From Phoronis australis (taxonomy: Eukaryota > Animalia > Phoronida): a stretch of 64,000 bases of DNA. The stretch is from assembly GCA_002633005.1 (NCBI GenBank), contig NMRA01000712.1, positions 64,989 through 128,988 of the forward strand, written 5' to 3'. Below are positions 52,035-64,000 of the stretch, piece by piece (the stretch's first letter is position 1; every line of letters starts with the position of its first letter). The notes under the pieces are model-generated. The model was given only the letters and a program-made list of their open reading frames with translations, was not told the DNA's origin and ran no database searches. Made by a program: the position numbers and the translations under genes.

Positions 52035-53599
52035 CTTGCACTCTGCCCACTGGCATGGACATACACATAAGGACCTGGAAAATGTTAAGTCACTGTACCA
52101 GTTGTATTACACATGTAATACTTCTCACCAACTCTGAGTTTGGTCAAATGCATTACGACATTTTGTAAGTATACTAAATATACAGCTTTGAGCCGTTGTG
52201 GGTAAATAAGTAACAAACTACACTCTTCCTTGAGTAAACTAAATTATTTACAGGTGTTAAAGAAATTGGCATTCTACCATTATTTTGCTGCTAAAATTCT
52301 GGAGCAATCTTATGCCATGAAATATAGTGACACCTATTGGCCATTTTTTTCAAAGACTCCAATTAACTGTTCTTTTTCCACGCGGTTGCATTCATGTCAC
52401 AACAAATCATTGCAAATGGCATTGTTTTGATATAAGTATTTAATATTTAATACCAGCGAACCAAATTTCAGAACAAACTTTGCTGCAACAAAGCTGCCAC
52501 CATCTCCTGACAGATGTCGGAAAAAGTTTAGAAATGGCACGTGCGTGTCACGAGCGCACTGTTTTTGAAACGAGGACAGACTTCTCTTTGTTACAAAAAG
52601 GCAGAGAATTATGCAAGATAAATACATTTATTATGTTTTTCACTTAAATAGCTGCAATGGGCAGGGTGAGAGATTTTGCTTGCAACACCGCCAGATGCCA
52701 GTTGTTAGCTCAACATGTTGATATAACTTTCACTACAAGGTGATGAGCAGAACTACTGGGCAGTGTGAAATTTCGAAGTCTATAGGAGCTTAACACCCAG
52801 TCGTGCCTATCTATTTATTTTATACAGTTAACTGGCTGGTAAGAAAGCATCCAGGCTGTAACTTTCCATTTTCTTTTTGGGAAATGAAAACCACAGGAAA
52901 CTACAAAATATAAATAGATGAGTAAAAATTAGACTATGCTGGTTTTTCAAATTTTCAAAATTGCTCAAGTAACACCGATTTTACCAACAAAAACCCAAGC
53001 CTTGATCTATTCATGAACCAACATATCTCATATTGGTTCCTAGATTTATACTATAACTAGTTTCCAGCACAACTTATCAGCTAATTATATGCATCATCAC
53101 TAACTCACAATAGAAACGGTGCCTGAAAGAATGTGGACGTAACTGGTTTTAAATTGTATGAATCGTATTTAAAGGGCACGTTCACATGTCACTAAACGAA
53201 CCTTAAGTTAAGCATCTCTACCTGTAATTACCGATAAGACTGCCCCGTTACTTTCAATCAGCAGAAACTTGGTTGCTCATACTAGTGGGCAAAATTGATT
53301 CGCTCTTGTGTACCTGTTATAAATTATAGTACCGTACTCCTCCAGGTTACAACCCATGCTCGGCTTACCGCCCACACCAGAAAATTCCAATTTCTCATTT
53401 TTAAGCACCCATGCTCGGCTTACTGCCCACCCTCTGATTTTTTAGCTTCCCAATTTAAGTGCCCTGGGCGGTAACATGGACAAGAACGGTACATACGTAA
53501 TGGCGAGTGGCTGATGAGAGTGCCTGTGTCATGGCCAGAGTCACACTGACAAACATATCTAATTATCATATCACCTTGCTGTGTATGAACTTGGAATCG

Positions 53600-53719
53600 G
53601 CACTGGTCGGATTAGCAGTCCCTGATTGAGTAAACCAGTTTTATCCACTAAACAACAGGCCCGTTATTCAGTGATTGCCTGGTTCTCTGAATCGGGGACC
53701 ACTATATCCGACCAGTGCC
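53600..53719. mobile_element. Short MITE (GGCACTGGTCGGAT...ATCCGACCAGTGCC)
   Basis: 14-bp terminal inverted repeat; related copies at ~23265-23395 and ~11990-12105. Confidence 0.65.
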
Positions 53720-54569
53720 CTTGGAATCCAGCATAATCTAAAGATTGCATATGCTTGAGCTTGGAATTCAATACTCATTAAAGCCATCAGGTGATTTTTT
53801 CAGTGTAAAGATTTGGATAACAGTGGAGTAAATGCATCCCTCTTCAAAATAGCCACTGCGAACAAGTTTCACTGAATTAAAGACATTGCCTTTATTCAAT
53901 GAAACCTGGCTCTCAACAGCCATTTTCAAGAGGGACCCGTTTACTCCACTTTTATTTAAGATTTGTTGTAATCATTGGCCTCATGATCACTCATTTTTTC
54001 CTTTACACAAATATGTGATCATGTGAATGGTAAAATGTTTGATGAATATGATTACCAAAGTCAAAGAATAGGTGAAAAAAGCCAATAAGTAGGTTAAAAT
54101 TTACATTATTTTTAATAACGTGTAATTTGATTTAGTGCAGTGCGAATATTTATCAAGATCAAAGTGATTATTTGAGTGCCCTTGCAAGTTTTCTACTGTA
54201 TTCCAAGTTCACGCAATCGCACGGGCAGCGCAGCACTGCCAAAAGTGAGGGTTAAAGCCCCCTAAGCCCCCTGTGGGGCACCACCTATAGACTATGTGCA
54301 GCGTAGCACTGAAAAATGAAGGGGGGGGGCTATATCCCCTCAGCCCCCTATGGTGTGCCGCCCATGATACGTTATCGTGAGATTAACTACACAAGCCCCA
54401 ACTCTAGTCTAACTTCTAATCTAAGTCCAAGTTCAAGCACAGCAATCTGGCAAATTACTAGCCAGCCAGCTAGCTGTACTATGATACAGCTTTGTACCAA
54501 GCCAAGGCCCAGGGGCTGCCAAGCCCAAGGCTAGCAAATTACTTATGTCACTAACACTGATCAGTTCTC

Positions 54570-55030
54570 AACTTACCCTCGGACAGTTGACTGTGGAATT
54601 GAGCTGAACAGCTACGCTTACTTAAGATGAGCAATACTAAGGTCTTTGTCACCTCTCAACAGGTAAGTTAAATACGGGAAATTGCGAAACACGACCAGCC
54701 AGCAGCCCAACAAAATCAAGAAATATTACACGACCTTGACCTTAAATTTAGAGCCATCTGCAGGAAGGTCTTGAAACTAAAACAAAATATGGCAGACGCT
54801 GCGTTTTTGGTCATCGCTCATTAGTGTGTTGCTGATGATGTATAAAACCTGCTTATAACCTGAGAGGACAATTTGGCGCTGGTTTGTGTTGGGGGTATAA
54901 AACGGTTAACTCTTACCCTTTTAGCCTTGGCTTTTGCACTCTCTGTCAATGCCAATCACTCAGTGACCGTACACACCGCCAATTGATTTGACTCAGTGCG
55001 TGTGTCTGTCCTGTATTGTAGTGAGTGTAG
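54570..55030. promoter_or_regulatory. Putative bidirectional promoter of C6orf120 (-) and TMEM267 (+)
   Basis: Minus donor GG|GTAAGT at ~54576, plus donors CAG|GTAAGT at 54663 and GTGAGT at 55021, YY1-like AATATGGC at ~54786. Both CDSs start just after acceptors. Confidence 0.5.
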
Positions 55031-55295
55031 TGTAGCATAGCACTTGCAGAGCGTCTGGAATTGAACTAAAATTTATGACTGAAGAAAGTTGACGCTTGTT
55101 AGATCAGGGTCCGATGTTGAATTTATGGTCCTGGCTGAGAAAATGATTGTTTTGTTATTCTGAGTAGCCAGATTGAGTTCAGAATTGTTCTCAGTAGAAA
55201 TTGACTAACTTGTTCATATATGCGACTGGATTAAAGTGTTTTTGTGTAGCATTTTATTCTACTATATTTTTAATTGATTGTGTTTCTTTTTCAGG

Positions 55296-58200
55296 ATGGG
55301 AGAAAATCAATTATTTTACAGTCTCTTCCCTCTGCCCGTTCTCTTCAGTCTGACCGCCGCTGGAATCGCTCTCATTGGAGACAAAGTTGTTGGGATTATA
55401 GATGATCGCAACAGATGGCAGCGTGCCTTGGCTGATAACGCAACCCATGCACTCATAGCATTGCTTTCTTGGGCCGCAGTGATCGACTTCGGTTTAAATA
55501 AGAAAGACATTGGAACATCAATTCTGTGTAGCGCATTGGGAAGCCTGCTAGACGTGGATCACTTTATTGCAGCTCAGTCGTCGAAGTTGGAGGTATGTTG
55601 TCATGCTGTGAAGCTGTTGACCCTCATTCATCCAAGGGGAAAGGTGCCTGTGCATAAGAGGGGAGTATTTCGGGGGGAAAATTCTACCTCTCGGTCACCA
55701 CCAACAGGCCTGTAGCCAATGGGGGTTAGGGAGTTCGATTGAACCCCTCCTTCTGCAGAAAAGGCCCAGCCCCAGCCTGTTCATTAAGGTAGTAAACACT
55801 TGGACAACAACAAAATTGTTGCAGCTACTGGTACTACTAACTAAAATGACAACTAATAATTTTGAATTTGCTTCTGATTAGAAGCACTTCACGCACCTGG
55901 CCAACTTCGCGGGAGTCGGATGTTTGCGTAGATGACAGGATTGTACGGACGATTAGAGGAGGTTTTATATTATTCATCGGCATTGAACGCGCGTGGTGGC
56001 TACACCGTAGGGTAACAACGGGGTCCAGAAATAAATGTCTATACCTAACTAAGTTGTACATGTATAGTAGCGAGAGAGATCTCAAAAAGTAGTGTGGGGG
56101 GAATGCTTTAAAATTGACCAAGAAACAAACTGCAGAAAATAGATTTGTTATCTGAATTGCTTGCTGGCATAGTACGGTAAAGTGCGGGCATTTTCAATTT
56201 TGGAATTGAAAGTGTTCGTCAAATACATGTATGTTGTTCTTCATCCAGTGTCCACTTCTATTGTGGATTGACATGCATGCGTTTACACGCCGTTGGTAAG
56301 CTCACTATAGGCATCCCTCCTTCGTTGTTCAAAAACCACACACATTTTCTTGCTCTGAGAAAACTCCAACGAGCATGACTTTTCATATTTTGGGAGAGAA
56401 GTAGGTCTATACCTAATAAAAATTTTGCTCAATGAAGAAAGACTTCTCTTGTCGATAGTGTCAATGGTGCACAACCTCACACTTCATACGAGCAACTAAC
56501 TTGATGGAAAAGATTTCCAAGGCTTCATGCCACTATTCCGAAGGTTCGCTGCTTCAAAGGTCCACTACTCCGAAAGTTCCCTACTTCAAATGTCCACAAT
56601 TCCGAAATCAGAGCTCCTAAAGTTATTTTTTTGTCTTAAATGTGAGCAAAGCCCTAGAAGACGATTTCACATTATATCCATTCTCATTCACACCCTTCGT
56701 TGCATACATTCACTAGTAAGAGCAGCTCTGAGGAGTGCAAAGCTCAATTGTCAGCCAGTGAAGCCTGATTCGAACCCAGGTCTCCCAAACAGGAGTTAGG
56801 ACCTCAAACCACCCAGACAGTTCATTACCCTAATGAGTTGGAACCTGGGAGTATATTTGATATTGGCCCTAGGTCGGAACTGACAAGAATAAAGTATTGT
56901 ATTTATGTCCATTAACCATTTTACTGGTATGAAAAAGTTGGATAGATCTTGATCCAATGATTACGTATGTTTACAAAAGAGCTCAGTTCCAATCACTGCC
57001 AGTCGGGATTCTTGAATCTAACTAACGTCTCATTCTCAAGCAGGGACAACATCTTAGTGGGCACGGGTTAGGGATGTAACGACCAACTGTTTTAAATTTA
57101 AGAAGACCGAATGAGAATCTGACTTTGTGAAGACTGGCAGGGATAGGGTAGCCTACTATGTTTAATTTCGACCCCGGGCCGTGTGTGTGGCTCCGGTAGG
57201 TGAGGTTGAGACGCAGCGGCTCTAAACTTTTGAGTCGTGCTGTGAAATGATGCAGTCATAACGAATGTATCGTGGCTGATTATTCTTCAATTTTCCTACT
57301 TCATATTCTTCTTAAAATGCAATAAAGAACTCATTTTTCCATATTGGTAAGACGTGCAGGCAATTTCTCATGCGCATGAAATGTTTTAGTATCCGGGCGT
57401 TGTTTCTGGTATTAGTACACCACTCGGTTCGTCTAATACCGGTAACCGAAGTATCGTTTATTTTTGCATGTGAAAGTATCAAAATTACACCTGAGTTGGA
57501 AATTTTAGATCTTTTTTAGTAGTGAACCTTTGGAATAGTGGGCTGTTCCTATTTCTAACAATGTAAGCAACTTGAGTAACATGCAAAAATATAACTACGC
57601 TGTAGATAAAAAATTGTGAAGTCATTCTCACACTTAATATTTCTGTTGGTGGAATCAGTCATTTAAGCACGTCTGATTTGAAAGTTTAGAAGAAGGAAAC
57701 GCGTGAACGTCCTGGACCACATTACATCCGAATTTGAGTCCCGTTCTTTGTGAGCAACTGTCACGGCATCCTTATTTCTGGTATTACTACATGTAATTCC
57801 GTCACATCTCAGAAACGTAGAGCTGAGTGTCATCGTTGTGTATACAGATTTCCCTTCCCCCTAATTAAGCTGTGTCAAATGAGGGTCTTATTGAAAACTC
57901 CACAGTTTCAACGTTTGCAAAATATCAAAGGTCCACCGTTCAAGAAATTTGAACCATCCCCCGCGCAATGCTGGGTACGGGCCTGATCAATAGCACCCCC
58001 ATCCTGTTGCAAGCCTTCACAGGCTCTGCCTCAAGTAGCCATTGTGCTCTTTTAAATTGTCACCTGTGTGAGTTACAAGGGATTCGAACCTCGAGGGGAA
58101 TTTTTCAATCACTTGAGGGGAATTTTTGGACATTACGAGGGGAATTTAGCGCAATTTTTCAATATTTTTGTGATCGGGAAATGGGTCCGATATTTGGCCC

Positions 58201-59549
58201 CAATATCAAGGGATTGAGGGCCCTGGATTTTGTTAGAGTGAACACAACTAATGTGAGAAATTTTCAGATAAAATGCTACTATAATTAAAGCTGCGTTTTG
58301 CCTTGTATAGCTGGCTGAAAATTGAATTAGGACCTCTTACTCTCATGAAATCTGTCTCTTAATATTCCTTTCCATGATAGGATTCACAAAGATTAGGCAA
58401 ATGTTTTGCGAGAATACCCGGGTACTTACTAGCAGAACTTGAGCAAAATTGTTGCAATTGAGGTGATATGTTGGTGGAACTGGAATGTTGAATAATGAGA
58501 TGGAATTTACTGATTCTGTTCCATAAGTAAAAATTTCTCTGTGCAAGCGGATCTTGAAGGCCTTGCGTCAACGGAACGCAGCCCTCAGAAGCAGTTAGTG
58601 CCAGTGAAAAAACGAACCCCAAAGTGCAACGAAATATGTAACTTACTATTATCAAACTTGTAATACAACGGCAGACGAAGTAGATGTCTCTACATGGGTG
58701 GCACAACTGGATGTACAAAATGAAAATACAGAACTAAAATACAATCTAATTTGTGGTCATAACTAGCTTTCAAATTTCTGAGGTTTGGTTGTAATGCGTG
58801 TTCTCGTCAGGAATGAAATTGAGTGCATTGAGAATGTAGCTCCTCAGCTCGCTTCTAACTATTTATGAATATGGCATAATGGTTTCAGATGATCTGTGTA
58901 CTGGGCTCACCTCAGCACCTTGACTGTGCTTTTGGAACCTTAAAATATACTAATAAGTATGAACATTTAACATGGCCAAAAATGCTGCCTAAGGAGCTCT
59001 ATCCTACCTCATAGTAGAAATCTAAAATAATTAAACTCACCTTTTGTCAGAACAATTATTTTTAACATGCAAACTCTAAACACTATGTAATTCACCACTG
59101 AAATGCATAGCCAAAAAATTACACGCTCTAACATATCAGGTAGTTTGCTTAATCATACAAGCTCAGAGTGGACAATGAAACTTTAGATGAATTAACGTAT
59201 CTTAAATATTTTGATTTTCTTTTTTCAGGATGCCTTGAATCTTCACCATCGGCCGCCATTCCATGCAACATCTCTCATCCTATTTGTAGCTGTGATAGTG
59301 TTTTGTGTGCAGAAACTTTCACAGCGTCTCTACAAATTACTGCCATTGTTGGTTATAGTGGCCGGACTGTCGCATCATATTCGTGATGGAACAAGACGAG
59401 GACTTTGGTTTCCACCTTTTGGCAGCACGCCCCCTATTCCCTACTGGATGTATATCGGTTGTGTTGCTGCCCTCCCTCTAGTGTTAAGATTGTTGTTATG
59501 TTATTTTTCTGCACGGAATGCAAGTGGTGTTGAAATGGTAATTGTATGA
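55296..59549 (+). CDS. TMEM267: Transmembrane protein 267 (C5orf28), ~205 aa
   Basis: Exons 55296-55592 and 59229-59549 (phase 0). Motifs RALADNATHALIALLSW, SLLDVDHFIAA, RPPFH, LSHHIRDGTRRGLWF. Confidence 0.93.
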
Positions 59550-60334
59550 GCCTTTTATGATATCTTAATGTTCACAGTATGGTCACCTATACTGCATGTT
59601 TTAACTTACCAAGAGTAACATGGACTTCTTAAGTGATTAATTATCGAAGATACAGAAAAAATACTAACAGAATTATGAAAACCTGTGTACAAAATTGTCA
59701 TGAATCTATTGTATAAATGTGTCATAAAGTGTAGTTTGATAATGGACATCTGACAAGTTTGCGCATTTATCTTGGCTACTAACACAACCAATTGTACTGG
59801 GAATACAAAAGTGAAGATTCGAACAGATTTGATTTTAATTTAGTCATGCTGTTAATTAACTTTTATTCTTGGTCGGGTTATACAATTCAGGGAATTGCTT
59901 TCAAGTTTACCTGTAGCAGACATGACTTAGATTAGCCAGTTGGAAAGAACACAACTCAAGCTGATCAAAAGACACCACTATTCATTTGTCTACAAGCAAA
60001 TACCGTTAATGAAATCTCCAACTGTAATTAGACATTTCCCATAACTAATTTATGTTAAGTTTATTGACTTCATGTCAGTGTCCAAAATCATGGAGGTAAA
60101 ATTGCACTGTGTTATGGAATTTTACTTGGACCTGAAGATTTCACATTACTCGTGATGGATTTAAATGTGCAATACATTTTCCTCTGGTGAATAGTTTCCA
60201 GAGTGATCACCAAAGAATCGTGTCATGTTTTAAGACTTGAAAATGGCTAAATAAATATTTCCTATTATCAAAAACATTTCAATTATACTTTTATTATCTG
60301 AGTTAGATACACCTAATTCTGAATACAAAGCAGC

Positions 60335-60399
60335 AGGGTACTGAATATGCATTGTGATGCTGTACTAGGGTACTGAATATGCATTGTGATGCTGTACTA
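60335..60399. repeat. 32-bp direct tandem duplication
   Basis: AGGGTACTGAATATGCATTGTGATGCTGTACT x2. Confidence 0.9.
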
Positions 60400-61503
60400 T
60401 TTACTATCTAATTTTTATTTAATCGCATACAAATGAACACTGACATTAAAACATCCGGTTTTCATAAAAGCACAGTGTCTCATGTTTGACAATTTTGAAA
60501 GAGTTATGGGACCAATGGTTCCTTACACACATTCTGAACACATGTCCAACTATTATTTTAAGGTTGAACATATGACATAGAAAAACAATCAAAACAAGGC
60601 AACATTTGTGTTGCAAAAAGAGGTGTCTACTAATTACTTAAAGCCCCAATACACCTTTCTAAAATTTACTGAAATCGAGAACACACTTCAAAATCAGACC
60701 ACTTCCGAAGATATTCAATTTCTACTCTACTCGGACACATGTATATTCATTGCGGCTGAAGGCTAATTAATCAAGGTTTCCACTGAAAAAATGTGACTTA
60801 GATTGTGAAAAGGTTGGTTATATGACTGAACACTAGATAAAGTTACTCAGGGGTACTCGGTGGCTTTTAGCAACTGTTTCGTGCGCCCAAGATCGATTCA
60901 AATTTGGGTTATCTCTCGCCCGTTTCACTAGCCAGCCAAACCTGGCAGAAACTTTGATATGTGAAGACGAGAGAACATATCAACAAAGAATTCCCGAATT
61001 CAACCCTCCTTTTTCATGGAGGCAGAAAAGCACATTGTGCGATTGACCTAATATTTTTAATGGTTACACCACAAGGCTTGAAAATGATACACCGTGCCTC
61101 ATCCAACTTGTCATGTTTGGTGTCACCATTGCTCTACTTACTGCGCAGTAGTAAAAGTTTAGAAGAAATTCTATTGTGCAAATTATTTGCATTCAAACAC
61201 TGATTAGCATGGCAGCAGTGAACAACTGAGGGTTAAGTGCCCTCCTGATGCCCAGCATTGTGGGTGAATACTCTACTGTCGAATCATATTGACTATTGAA
61301 AGTAAGCTAAGAAAGTCAGGAAAGACTTTGATTAAACTTCAGAGAGTACTCTACTAATACAACACCATTGCAGCTCTGACTCGGAAGAACCAGTAACAAT
61401 GCAGTAGCAGCGCAGTGTCAATGCAAAACATATCAAACAGTACTGTTGGCTGTGTGGCCCACACAAAGTTATTCTTCAAATACTTTACTGTTTATAGCAC
61501 AAC

Positions 61504-63197
61504 TCATTTCTTGTCCTTCTTCACATGAGCCAAGTCGTACTTGCCCCTGACACACTTTATTTTAACTCCAGGCAAGTCCTGCACACGACCACCTCTCACC
61601 AGAACAATATTATGCTCCTGCAAGTTATGTCCCTCTCCCGGAATATATGCCGTCGCTTCACGTCCCGTGCTGAGTCTCACGCGCACACATTTTCTGTTTG
61701 CTGAGTTTGGTTTCTTTGGCTTCTTCACAAGAGTTTTTAGAACAACAGCTTTCAACTGCGGCCTTCCCTCCATGGGCCCAGGCAGACCTTTGTGTTTTAT
61801 AAGAGGGCCGTACCGGTGCATTTGCTGCAGCGATGCCATGTTTCTATACTGAGTGATTGCCGGTTGTGAGGACTGGTGCGTTGGGATTGCTTGCAATCGA
61901 GAACTTTGTGTAGCAGAGAAATGTCCATTGTGCAAAGTGTGAGTGAATTGCCTACACACTCCGCTGGCAAAACCTGCAAATTAAAAATTGCGGAAAGTCA
62001 ACAAAATTTGCTAGCTGACCCAACACAACATTTAGAAGCAAATCTATAAAAAGTTTTGGAAAACTGAGAAATTTGTTCATTCATTTGAAATGAAAGCTTT
62101 AACAGTGTAAGTTGTAGCTTTTAAAACTATACTCTAATAGTCAAGTAGCAACATGGATATGTGTTGTCATACACACACCCAATTTCTTAGACTATAAACT
62201 TATGCAACTACTCAAGAATGATAAAAGCAGCATTTTAATTAAATTCCAATATAATGATACCGCCCTCCTAATCACATCCCATAACCAGTTTCTTGTCTCC
62301 TTCTAGGAGTGCCAACTAGTGCAGTCCACCCCCTCACATCCATGCTATGCCACTGAATATGAATGCCCCGTTATATAATCCCACGAGTTTGAAATATTTG
62401 TAATACATGTCCCATGCACAGACAGTATGAGATAGGTCCCCCCGTATGTGCCGCAGCCTTTCGGTGTGACCATCAGACACGTGACCTTCCCATAACCTTG
62501 TGTACGTTTCCGTTCGACCTCGAGCTCATTAATGGCAATCGTCTTCATTTTCGTTTAACAGAATGAAAGACTATTTGGAAAAACAACGATTCCAAAAGCA
62601 TTTGTTTGAGTTTGAAGGGTTTGAAAACTCTAACTGCCTCCAAAGGTATCCATCTACACTTGATTATTATAGTTTAGCCAAAGTTAAGGGTAATGCACAG
62701 AAAATTTTCTGTACACAGGATTGATCAGGATGTGGCACCCCTATAACAGTATTTATTTCCTTGACTGCTCCTATAACCAGCACTTTGTGTGTGAGCGGTG
62801 AAGTAGTCTCACTGAGGGTAAGAAAACTTTCAGCTCAAATTTACAGAGCAGCATCATGATGCTATTGGGTAGAATCCTTTTTCTCAGGTTCTTAAAATAC
62901 TGCGAAATCTGACTTAATTGAAGGTTGGGGTACACGAACCATATGGGAAAAAAATCTGACGTTAATATGCAAGTTTAATTTTATTTCAATATGAACTTGA
63001 TGTCCAAAATGGTGCTGAACAGAGCTATAGATACAAAAATAATGACTTTCGTTCATCATATTATTCATCAGTTTGCCTTCAGACACGCTTTGAATATAGC
63101 ATGCCGAGACGCATTTTCACTTCAAAGTTCACAAAAAAAGAAACCTACCTAATTCACCTGGCCACAGAGGTACAACCAGTTTCCGGAGGCTATTCAT
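61504..63197 (-). CDS. MRPS12: Mitochondrial ribosomal protein S12 (uS12m), ~169 aa
   Basis: Exon 61973-61504 has [61 protein letters not shown]. Short first exon 63197-63158 ([13 protein letters not shown], phase 1) supplies the start of a transit peptide and is less certain. Confidence 0.95.
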
Positions 63198-63604
63198 GGC
63201 ACTCCTGCAGGTAATACCTTGAAAGATAAATCTCAGATATAGTTACAGCAACAATCAAAAACCATGAGCCAACAAACCTTTGTGCTGACCCGCCCTTCAG
63301 AAGTGATAGGAAATTTGCAACATACAACTCTTAAGTGTAGTGACAACACCAAAGTGTCTTTCGCGCGACCCAATTTCCAGTTTTGGAGTGCAAGACAGGG
63401 CAAACTGACAGGGATGAAACACAATTTCTTTCATTAACGAATATATTGAGAGGTTAGACATCTTCGTGTGAATCGTTTGAATGCCCCATCACACAACAGT
63501 GGCTATTTGACAGCACGATGGTTGCAAAGAATTTATAAAAAAGTCTGGAGAATCACCTTTTTTAACACTGCGCACGCCAGGTGGTATGATGCCATATCCG
63601 CAGT

Positions 63605-63816
63605 GTTAAAAATGGTTAGATACCGATTTTGGGAACTGAATGAGGGACTGCTTGAAGAAAAAGTTTGATAACGGGAGTATTGGTTCGAGTTGGAAGGAAT
63701 TAAATATAGGTGTTCCTCTATGCGCAAAAGGTATTTATAGCAACGTAGCATTGATGTTTTAGTCAGTGCGAGGCATAATTTGCAGAAAATCTTCCGACAT
63801 ATGAAGCGCCTACAGG
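63605..63816. mobile_element. Diverged copy of one TIR of the 12304-13230 element family
   Basis: Shares GTTCGAGTTGGAAGGAATTAAA, GGTGTTCCTCTATGCGCAAAAG and GTGCGAGGCATAATT with 12960-13180. Confidence 0.8.
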
Positions 63817-64000
63817 AGCTTCACAGTTCGACTCTTTATTGCAGAGCAAGTAGAGACTGGTCACGGGTACTTTTTGCGAGCGGGACCGATTTGAGGTTTG
63901 CAGACTTTTGTTTCTCCCGGCATGATTAGGAAGTTTCCGCGGGTTTTGGTCACGAAACGAAATGTGTCGATTTCACCCTTGTCGTAATAGCCGAGATTGC

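Overview
Eukaryotic (animal, probably marine invertebrate) genomic DNA with AT-rich GT-AG introns, many short non-autonomous transposons and one assembly gap (25104-25481). The taxon cannot be fixed from sequence alone. Genes reconstructed by hand from splice sites and reading frame, in order: 3' part of a CXorf65/C22orf15-like gene (+); B9D2 (-); NDUFB1 (+); NEK2 (-); an intronless 323-aa orphan ORF (+); a 12-exon secreted astacin-EGF-CUB-TSP1 protease (-); C6orf120/UPF0669 (-); TMEM267 (+); MRPS12 (-). Four observations stand out. (1) An exon upstream of NDUFB1 carries its own complete 54-aa transmembrane ORF, suggesting a bicistronic mRNA. (2) A ~1.3-kb Helentron-like element carries eight co-oriented CTCF-like motifs at ~150-bp pitch. 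(3) A 142-bp-arm palindrome in an astacin intron holds two Penelope-type hammerhead ribozyme motifs. (4) NEK2 has altered APC/C degrons and a possible read-through isoform. All identities rest on remembered family motifs; no searches were run.
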